Shown in pieces: positions 52,190 through 60,550 of a DNA stretch of 64,000 nt. A program made the translations under genes and the position numbers. Positions within the stretch are counted from its first letter, which is position 1, and every line of letters starts with the position of its first letter. This DNA is from Malacoraja senta (taxonomy: Eukaryota). The DNA lies in NCBI GenBank assembly GCA_038087875.1, contig CM075988.1, forward strand, positions 10,294,001-10,358,000, written 5' to 3'. Below the pieces are notes generated by a model that was not told where the DNA came from, ran no database searches, and saw nothing but the letters and a program-made list of their open reading frames with translations.

Positions 52190-52734
52190 TGTTACGACTC
52201 CCGAAAGCAGGTACTTCAGAGTCGCGTAACATAAGTAAAAAAAACAGGTTTAAGTTCAAAAATAGTTTTTAATTACTCAATAACACACCCAAAACCCAAA
52301 CCTGATTCAAACAACCCAGACAAGGATATGAATGGATTAACAAACAACTTAAAAGTGCTCAGGCCAGCCACGCGATGGACCGTCGAACCTGAGGCTCTAA
52401 ACCTGCCTAAAAGAAAGCTATCCCTGAAACAAAATACCGATAACTTCTAAGGACAGCCCAATTCAATATTTGGTACTACGTAATGTTGAAATTACACAAA
52501 GTTCTATGCCATGTGGCCGGGCCTTCCACAGCCCACAACAGCAATCAGCTCACGAGGCAGGGTTGTCGAAGAGAAACGAGAATTCTGGGAACTCTGCTAT
52601 TTATACTTCAGATGAGTCACCCGTCACCTGACGCAGCTTGGCCAATCCGGTACAGGAGCCTTTTAGCCTGCACTCGGGAAAGAAACAGAGAAAGGTTAAT
52701 ACATAACATTGACCAGGAGGGGGAGCGCATAACA
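52190..52734. mobile_element. Solo LTR (same family as 6538-7122)
   Basis: TGTTACGACTCCCGAA...TAACA termini with a 4-bp TSD ATAT. Confidence 0.88.
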
Positions 52735-52811
52735 ATATGATAAACAAGAGTGGACCCAGCAGCAATCTCAACTGCACCACTGGTCAACGCCTTCCAATCT
52801 GCGAAAACAAC

Positions 52812-52972
52812 TGTAGTGTATTTGCGTACTTGGAACTGACTCAAAAGAACACTCAGATACAGGAGTAAACTGACAAGCTTCTTTATTCTAGGATGCCACC
52901 TTGAGTCTCTCCCAGCGCATGCGTCCCCTCGCACAAGACATAACATATGCTAATTATATTACATACATCACA
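52812..52972 (-). repeat. 3' LTR
   Basis: 161-bp direct repeat, preceded on the minus strand by the PPT. Confidence 0.93.
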
Positions 52973-52986
52973 CTGCTCCCCCTTTA
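52973..52986 (-). promoter_or_regulatory. Polypurine tract
   Basis: AAAGGGGGAGCAG lies immediately before the 3' LTR on the minus strand. Confidence 0.85.
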
Positions 52987-53174
52987 ACTTGGAGGCAGGT
53001 AACACCATTTACATTATATACATTACACTGCTCCCCCTTTATCTTGGAGGCGAATAACACCATTTCTATTACATCTTACATTACATCCTCATAACTGTAA
53101 TAATCGTATCTAAACTTAGCACTTATAATGGTTCATTCCACTCATCTTCCTTAAACCAAATACATTACCCCTTG

Positions 53175-53700
53175 CTTTATGTTTTATCCTTTTCCGTTCC
53201 CTTCTGTGTAAATTGCACACTCTTTCTAATCACTCTAGCTCTACCTGTATCTCTGCATCTTCCCTTTTTAAATATCCTAATCAAATTAGCAGATTTCTTC
53301 CTGTTCTTGATATTCTGCTACAGTTAACATTTCCTCTGTTTCTGTTCCTTATTTGTAGGTGGGATCTGACACATGACTGCAGGTTTTTGTTTTTCAGCAG
53401 CTTCCTCTGTCGCTCAATTTCCTGGCGCTGCGTATTTATCTGCTCTTGTTGTATAATAACATTCTGCAATGCATAAACATTTGTCCATTGCTCAGTGAAG
53501 GAAGCTCCATGCTGGACTATAGTGAAGTGTCCCAATCGCAATCGGTCCTGCATACTTTTGTCTCGACCGACAAGCCTCTCTTCTTTAGACTATTCTATTA
53601 ACAGCTTTTAGCTCATCGTCACACATTTATTTAACCATTCTTTGTATCGTTTAAGCCTTTTCTGTTGTTCATCTATTTGTCTTCTTACATCACCTTTCTG
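53175..53700 (-). pseudogene. TLK2: Chimeric ORF, part 3: captured tousled-like kinase 2-like coiled-coil region, intron-less, decayed
   Basis: [91 protein letters not shown]. After frameshifts it continues [18 protein letters not shown] and LGYLKREDAEIQVELE*LERVCNLH. Confidence 0.88.
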
Positions 53701-54540
53701 GTTATTCATCAAGAAGTTGGATCTATATTGTCTTTGCAATACAACAGTGGCTTTGATTTGCGCTCTGTATATTTTTCTTACTACATAAGCATGGTAGTGA
53801 GACTGCACTACAACTGCTGTATAAATCAGTTTGAGGAGGTCTTTCCTATATCGTTTAAGCCTTTTGTATCATTTAAGCCTTTTCTGTTGTGCATCTATTT
53901 GTCTCCTTAGGTCTTTCCTATACCAACTCATATGGAGTACTGACTGCACTTTTACAGTAGCCCTCTTTTGTTTAACCCACTGCCTAACCACCATACTCTT
54001 GTAGGCAGCCTGAATGGTAATAGTTGCATACCTCATTGACTAATATTGCACAAACTGGGAATGCCCTATTTTGCATGCTTTGTACCATCTCTGGATCGAA
54101 ATGACTGCTTGTCGCATAGCTCTGTACCATATCCTTAATCGGTAACCATGGTATGCAGCTTGCAGAGTGACTACAGCCGCCTTTTGCATCAAGAAATGCT
54201 TTCTTGTAATGCACATCCTTATGAATGACTTAATATGGCATGCTGCCTTGTTTTTCTCAACCAATTCTCTGGCTTTAATCCCACGGTAGAAGGCCCGAGT
54301 ACAAACCACTGCTTTTCTCAAACTATTATATCTCACTTGGACATCTCTTATCTGGCAAGCTCTGTATCATTGCTGTACCGCAATGGCAGACCAGCGTAAT
54401 TTCTTGAAATACTGACGCTGTTTATGCATCTGATAATAAGTCTGTATGACCTTGGCAGATTTGTGCATGCACCGCAATTGCTTTTGAACAACCATTCCTC
54501 GGTAGGCAGCCTGAAGCAGTACAACGCTTCTGCGTACCTT
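53700..54540 (-). pseudogene. Chimeric ORF, part 2: captured ASPM-like IQ-repeat array (same frame, 3 point stops)
   Basis: Motifs LQAAYRGM, IQTYYQMH, VQQ*YRA, LQAAYHG, IQRWYKA, IQAAYKSM, VQSHYHA and LQRQYRS at roughly 23-27 aa spacing. Confidence 0.85.
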
Positions 54541-54543
54541 CAT

Positions 54544-55592
54544 AATAATAATAATAATAATCCATTTTATTTGCTGGCGCCTTTTTAAAAACCCAAGGAC
54601 ACCTTACAGGACATAAAATCACAACAACAACAACAACAACAAATACCAAGGTCTCAAGGACACCCCACAGAGACCATCAGATAAGAAACACACAATCGGA
54701 ACAAAACAAACCATAAAGACACCACAATACACAAATCAAGGACAGAGTTAATTCCAAAAGCACAAAAAGAAAATCAGAAACACAACTTGAGGAGAGAGCA
54801 GCGGCAGCCAAACCGCGCCAGCGTTCACTCTCCCCTCCGACCGCCATCTTGAACACAGACCAACAAAGACAAAGACACAGCACACAAAAATCATCCCCCC
54901 ACAAAGACCACCACTGTGGGGGAAGGCACAATGTCCAGTCCCCAACCCCAGTTCGCCCAAAGTCAGGCCCAATGAGGCCTCCACAGTTGCCTCTGCAGAG
55001 GCCCGATGTTCCTGGCCGTTCTCACCGGGTGCGGTTGCCCCGACGTCGGGAGAGTCCTCGCAGCGGCTGGGATGGCTGGAACGGCCGATTTCCCACCGGC
55101 ATCTGTGGCACCTGAAGCCGACAAGGCCGTGCCGATTTGGAGCTCAGAGGCTCCCGATGTTGGAGTCGGCGCCGCCGCCCGCGGCTGGTTGCTCCACAGT
55201 CCCGCAGCCCGGAGGTGTTGAGCTCGGCGGTCACAGCTCACCGGTGCTCCAGCGCGTCGATCCAGCGTGGCGACCCAGGGAAGGCATCGCCCGCTCCGCT
55301 CCGCGATAGCGCTCCAGCGCTGTGCCGCCACCGAAGCTGAAGGTCCCTGCCAGGAAACGCCGCTCCACGCCCGCTGGTAGGCCTCAAAGACGGGTCGACT
55401 GGGCAGCCCAGAGAAATGCTGCCTCACCGACCAGGTAGGGACCTAGAAATGGTTTCCCCCTAACCCCCCCACATTAAAAGGCAAAATTCTCCAACAGACA
55501 GAGACATAAAAAAAATTAAAACTAAAAAAAAAAGTGCATTTAACGGACGGCTGCTGTTTAGCAGCCGTTCCCCAAGATGGCTCCTCCTCCTC
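54544..55592 (-). mobile_element. Non-coding retroposon of about 1.05 kb with an L2-like 3' tail, inserted in the chimeric ORF
   Basis: The minus strand ends ...GTAAGGTGTCCTTGGG..AAAGGCGCC..AATAAAATGG(ATT)n. ATG is on both sides, and excision restores ...K-T-Y-M-K-V-R-R in frame. Confidence 0.8.
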
Positions 55593-56339
55593 CATGTAAG
55601 TCTTGCGATCACTTTCCATTTGAAGGTGTGCCCTATAATGGTTTTGTACCATTATAGCTGCCAATCTCATTGCCTTGTATTGACGGTATACTCTGTGCAT
55701 TCTAAATGCTGCTTGTATTACCGTTGCTGCCTTCTGTTTGTTCCGGATCTCTCTCCGTACCTTCATACCCCTGAATGCAGCTTGAATAGCTAGGGTTGCC
55801 CTTTGGATGGCAATTTCCCTTTGCCTTTGACTTCTGTCACTTTGCATTTGCCCTTTGTCCCTTTGCACTAGACCTTTGTTGCTTTGCACTTGAACTTTGT
55901 CCTTTTGCACTTGACCTTGGTCCTTTTGCACTTGATCTTGGTCCCTTTGCACTTGACATTTGTCCTTTTGCACTTGACCTTTGTCCTTTGGCACTTGACC
56001 TTTGTCCTTTTGCACTTGACTTTTGTCCTTTGAGGGACTACCTGCCTTCTTTAGTTCAGGCTCCTTGCCTCTGGATGCCCTTGGAGGTTTTGGCGAGAAA
56101 TGAGCCATTAATGCCTCCTTACACTCCTCGTACATTTTATCTGTGGGCTTTGCTGGCTGCAGTAACATACGTAAGGTCTGATAACCCACTCTTCCTAAGC
56201 CTAATATGAACCATGCTCTCTTCTTCTCCTCTGCAGCGATATCATTGGAAATGAAACAAGCCTCCAAGACTTCGGTCCATTTCTCAAAATTACACCCAGA
56301 ATCTAACTGGGGCACGTTTCCTACAATTTGAAAAGCCAT
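55593..56339 (-). pseudogene. Chimeric ORF, part 1: Gypsy (Mag/K02A2.6-like) Gag N-terminus, heptad repeats and IQ motifs
   Basis: FEKWTEVLEACFISNDI..KKRAWFI..G..YQTLRMLLQPAKPTDK.YEE..EALMAHFSPKP, then (KDKGQVQ)n, then IQAAFRGMKVRR, IQAAFRMHR and VQNHYRAH. Confidence 0.88.
55845..56030. repeat. 21-bp tandem repeat (about 8 units), coding in frame
   Basis: TTGCACTTGACCTTTGTCCTT units translate as KDKGQVQ on the minus strand. Confidence 0.92.
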
Positions 56340-58094
56340 GCTACCTGTTGCTATTCAGGTGCACTATATTCTGTTCTCTCACTGTGTTTTTTTGCACTAG
56401 ACTTAATCCTTTTACACACTAAGAAGTGATCCAGCCCACTGACTATTACTAATTCTTATAATAATAGATTCATACTATTAACCAACATTTCATATTAATA
56501 GCCATTTAGAACATTTTAAACCATATTCCTTCTATGCACACAGATTTACTATTAATAACAGTGACCAATGCATTACATTTAAACAGTCCTGCTTTTACTG
56601 TGCCCATGAATTTCATTCACGGAGGGCTTTTATTATGAAGGATTTCACAGCTCCAGCTTGTGGCCTGTGGACTCTGGTGCATCCTTGACATCTCGAGCTG
56701 TTCCCACTGGTACCTTTGCTGATGGCTTCAACGGACCTCCACTTTTGCTGCTTTTGCTGGCTCCCCGGGGCTTCACCGTTACTTTTGCTGCCGCTGGCTC
56801 GCTGCCAAGTCAACTCCCGCTGCTCCGCTGACTTGCCTGCCCGCTGGCTCCACAGCCCTCCTGGCTGCTACTGGACCCGCTGCTTGGCTCGTCGCTGGCT
56901 CCCGTGGACACCCTGTGGAAGGTAAGTAGCCCCTGGTTTCTGCTGCTGGTCCCCGCTGCTCCAAGCATCGGGACTGTGCCTCTCTCGTGGTAGGCTTTCT
57001 CCAATCTCGGTCGTCTCCCGCGACTGGGCTTTCTCTGCTTTCTCCCCCGACCGGGCTGACTCTGCTCCCGACCGGCTGAAGTGCTTGAGTGCTGTGTCCC
57101 GCTTCTCTCGTGCGGACCCACTCTTCGCTCAGGGCCGGACTTCCTCTCACGTCCGGGCTTTCCCCGTTCTCGGCCGTCCCTTGCGACCGGGCCTTCACGG
57201 CTCTCGGCTTCTCTCGCGAGCCTGTCCGCTTTTCTGCTCATGGTCAACTCTTGTGACCGGGCTTTCTCTCACGATTGGTCCGCTTCTCTCGCAGCCAGTT
57301 TAAAAAAAAATTTACTCTGCTTGTCCGCTTCTCACGCAGCCGGCTTTCTCCCTCGACCAGGCTGAATCTTCTCCCGACCGGGCTGACTCCGTTTCGTCGG
57401 TGGCTTCACCGGACCTGTCCGTGGCTTACCCGGTACACGGCCCTGGAACTCACCCGAAGTCGGTGGCGGCTGCTGGGCCTCTTCTGCCCCTTTGCCGTGA
57501 CTGCACGGCCCTGGAAAATGTTCCAGGTAAGTTGACACTGTCGCTGTCCTGCTGGTTAGGCTTCCAGCTTTCGGCTGTGTTCTTCGGTGACACTTACTTA
57601 CTGCCACACTTGTTTTCCTTGCTTCCTGTTCCGTTTCTTTTATTTTTGCTTGGTGCCGTTCCACTTTTTTTCCAAACACAACCTCTTCTTTTTAATCTTT
57701 TTTTTTTTCTTGACAGCCCTTCTTTGGTCTTTTCTGTTCTTTTATCCTCGTTGCCTCGTTATCCTTGTTGTGTGTTCTGGTATAACAATTCACCTAAAAC
57801 TTAGCTGTGCAAAGATTATTCAGCTTGAGGAATTCGACAAAAAAAACTCAGTCTAAAATGTATAACAATCCGAAGGACGACATCTTGCCACGTAGACACA
57901 ACATAGAGATAGCCTGACAAACTCGCAGACTTATACAGCTGATGTTTTAAACTACAGTCCCCGGCATAGAGGGATCTGCAGGCCTCTCATGTCCAGCTCG
58001 CAAACAACTGCGACACAACTCCGTATCTACTGTTTAAACTGTTAAACAATCCTGCGTGTTGCAAAACAGTCCTGCGGGTGAGTACACAAACTCT

Positions 58095-58112
58095 ATCCCA
58101 CCCTCGTCGCCA
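58095..58112 (-). promoter_or_regulatory. Primer-binding site complementary to the tRNA-Ser(GCT) 3' end
   Basis: Minus strand reads TGGCGACGAGGGTGGGAT, 2 nt from the LTR. The plus strand ATCCCACCCTCGTCGCCA matches the vertebrate tRNA-Ser(GCT) 3' end as recalled. Confidence 0.88.
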
Positions 58113-58114
58113 AT

Positions 58115-58274
58115 TGTAGTGTATTTGGGTACTTGGAACTGATTCAAAAGAACACTCAGATACAGGATAAACTGACAAGCTTCTTTATTCTAGGACGCCA
58201 CCTTGAGTCTCCCCCAGCGCATGCGTCCCCTCGCACAAGACATAACATATGCTAATTATATTACATACATCACA
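58115..58274 (-). repeat. 5' LTR
   Basis: 160-bp direct repeat with AATAAA on the minus strand, adjacent to the PBS. Confidence 0.93.
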
Positions 58275-58391
58275 ACAACCTTCTACCACCATCCTCTGAC
58301 TCCTTCAACAAAGTCAATTTTGTGCCCAGTTGCATAATCACCCCGCATCCCGTGTGATCTCACTTTTCGGACCAATCTACAATGTGGACCT

Positions 58392-59510
58392 TTAGTTTAC
58401 TTTAGTTTGGTTTGGAGATACAGCGCGGAAGCAGGCCCTTTCAGCCCACTGAGTCCACACTGACCAGCGATCCCCGCACATTGACACTATCCTATACACA
58501 TAAGGGACAATTTTACACTCATCCCAAGCCAATTTACCTACATGCCAGTACGTCTTTGGAGCATGGGAGGAAACCGATGATCTCGGAGACAACTCAGGTG
58601 GTCACGGGAACAACATACAAACTCCGTGCAGACAGCACTCGTAGTCGGTATCGAACCTAGGTCTCTGGCACTGCAAGCGCTGTAAAGGGCCTGTCCCACT
58701 TAGGCGACTTTTTAGGTGAGTGCAGTAGACTCTGCGCTCGCCTCATGATCGCCACATGGTCGCCACATGCTCGCTGGTGGTCTCTGGTGAGTCTCCTTCA
58801 TGGTCGAGAGGAGTTCCTGCGTTCTGGGAACTAGAGGCGGCCACAGTATGGTCGCCGCAAATGTTTCAACATTGATCGCCACATGGTCGCCAATGAGAAA
58901 ATCGATACTTTTGTAGTCGTAGGTGCAGTGATAATGGGGTCGCCATGTCTTTGTAGGTGATCGAGGTAGCTGTAGGTAGTTTTAGTTAATCTCCTTTGCT
59001 GACCGGGCATTTTCATTGGCTCATTGGGGGAAAAAAAACACGTGAGCACGAGTTTTCAGAACCAAGGAAAACCGACCGGAAATGTTAAATGCCGGCCAAA
59101 CTTCACAGCTGTGTATCTCTGGCTTATTATAAGTTGTCTGGCTTCTTAAAAGTGTCTCCACTCCTCCCCTCCCCACCCACACCCCCCCTCTCCCTCCTTC
59201 TCCCCCATTCTCCCCACCCCCTCTCTCTTTTAAAGGACTTACCGTACACTGTGCTAGCCGTCTTTAACCTTCCTGTTCATCGTGGTGTGTGTCTGTATCA
59301 CCTTGGCTTTGCACTGTGTGTATTTCAGTCAGCGCTCCCCCGCTTTCCCTGGCCCCCGCCTTTGCTATGTGTTAGTGTGTGTGTCCAGCTCTGATGGTCG
59401 CCGTTCCAGTTCGCGGTTTTTCAGGCAAGTGCCTCGAGCTTGAAGGTCGTAGGCAGTCCGCTGAAAAGTTGCTTAAGTGGGACAGGCCCTTAAAGCAGCA
59501 ACTCCACCAA
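58392..59510 (-). mobile_element. V-SINE interrupted by a Harbinger-type MITE
   Basis: SINE body at 58392-58685, with the head remnant after 59493. Confidence 0.75.
58686..59490. mobile_element. Harbinger/PIF-type MITE
   Basis: TIR AGGGCCTGTCCCACTTA...TAAGTGGGACAGGCCCT with a TAA TSD. Confidence 0.9.
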
Positions 59511-59974
59511 TTTTATTTTGCATTGACTAATGAGCAGGGGAATTCAAGAAAAAATGTAAAAAGAATATTGTTACAATTATGCAACTGACTAACTTGTTCA
59601 CTCTCCAGAAGATTGATCTTTAAGTCCTGGGACCACAGACCCAAGCCTGGAGGTCTCACAAGTCTCAATTGCAGATGTGTATGGAGATTTTTGCTTTCAG
59701 GTGTCAAGTGTCAAGAATGTTTAATTGTCATATATATCAATTTTGAAATTCTTACTTGGAGCAGCAGAACAAGCCTGTGAACACAAACACATAGATAATA
59801 AACAACAATATCAATAAGTCAATAACTCTAATACTAGTGGGGGAAAAAACCCTGAGGTCCTTAGTGCAGCCAAAGACAATCCATGGTTCATATTTGAGGT
59901 GTAGTGTTCAAGAGCCTGCAGGTTGTTGGGAAGGAATTATTCTTGAACCTGGTGGTCATGTTTTTCAGCCCCCT

Positions 59975-60550
59975 TTATGCAATGCTTAGGCTCTATAAGG
60001 CGCTGGTCAGGCCACATTTGGATTACTGTGAGCAAATTTGGGCCTCATTTCTGTGGAAGGATGTGCTTGCTCTGGAGAGGGTCCAGAGGTGGTTTACAAG
60101 AATGATTCCAGGAATGGGTGGGTTAGCATATGATGAGCGTTTGACAGCACTGGGCTGAAGTTTAGAAGGTTAATGTGGGAACCTTATTGAAACCTACATA
60201 ATAATGAAAGGCATAGATAGAGTAGATGTGGAAAGGATGTTACCACTGGTGGGAGTGTCTGGGAACCGAGGTTATAGCCTCAGAATTAAAGGGTGCTCTT
60301 TTCGAAAGGAGGTGAGGTGGAATTTCTTTAGTCAGAGGGTACTTAATCTGTGGAACATTGCCACAGAGGGCTGTGGAGGCAGTGAGTGGATATCTTTAAG
60401 GCAGAGATGGACAAATTCTTGATTAGAATGGGTGTCAAGGGTTATTGGGAGAAGGTAGGAAAATGGGATTAGGAGGCAGAGATCAGCCATGATTGAATGT
60501 CAGAGTAGACTCGATGGGCCGAATGGCCTAATTTTACTCCAATAACATGA
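59975..60550 (+). mobile_element. CR1 3' fragment, degraded
   Basis: LRLYKALVRPHLDYCEQIWA..VQR.FTRMIPG followed by the CR1 3' UTR. Confidence 0.85.

Larger units (their letters stand above)
52812..58274 (-). mobile_element. Non-autonomous Gypsy-type LTR retroelement carrying a gag-ASPM-like-TLK2-like chimeric ORF
   Basis: Direct LTRs at 52812-52972 and 58115-58274 (TG..CA; 4 substitutions and 1 indel by eye). TSD ACAAC at 52807-52811 and 58275-58279. PBS, PPT and a Gag N-terminus are present; no pol motifs were seen. Confidence 0.93.
51920..58395 (-). mobile_element. Old antisense CR1 RT fragment split by two LTR insertions (pieces 51920-52189, 52735-52811 and 58275-58395)
   Basis: Removing the solo LTR restores TTT ATC ATA TAT ATT AAC AAT CTC GAT GAG (FIIYINNLDE). 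The flank after 58274 continues CR1-like sequence. Confidence 0.75.

Noticed and set aside
6538..52734. The two related LTRs as the ends of one 46-kb provirus
   Set aside because: Each has its own different TSD, and they are clearly diverged.
53175..55800. The host ASPM or TLK2 gene locus
   Set aside because: The fragments are intron-less, partial, fused to Gag, contain stops, and are enclosed by LTRs with a TSD.
55845..56030. KDKGQVQ repeats as LC8/DYNLL-binding motifs, or the 21-bp array as a CRISPR
   Set aside because: The register does not fit the K-x-T-Q-T or G-I-Q-V consensus. There are no unique spacers, and the DNA is eukaryotic.
52190..58274. Solo LTR 52190-52734 as the terminus of the gene-capturing element
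   Set aside because: It has its own TSD, shares no sequence with the 160-bp LTRs, and is separated from them by CR1 sequence.
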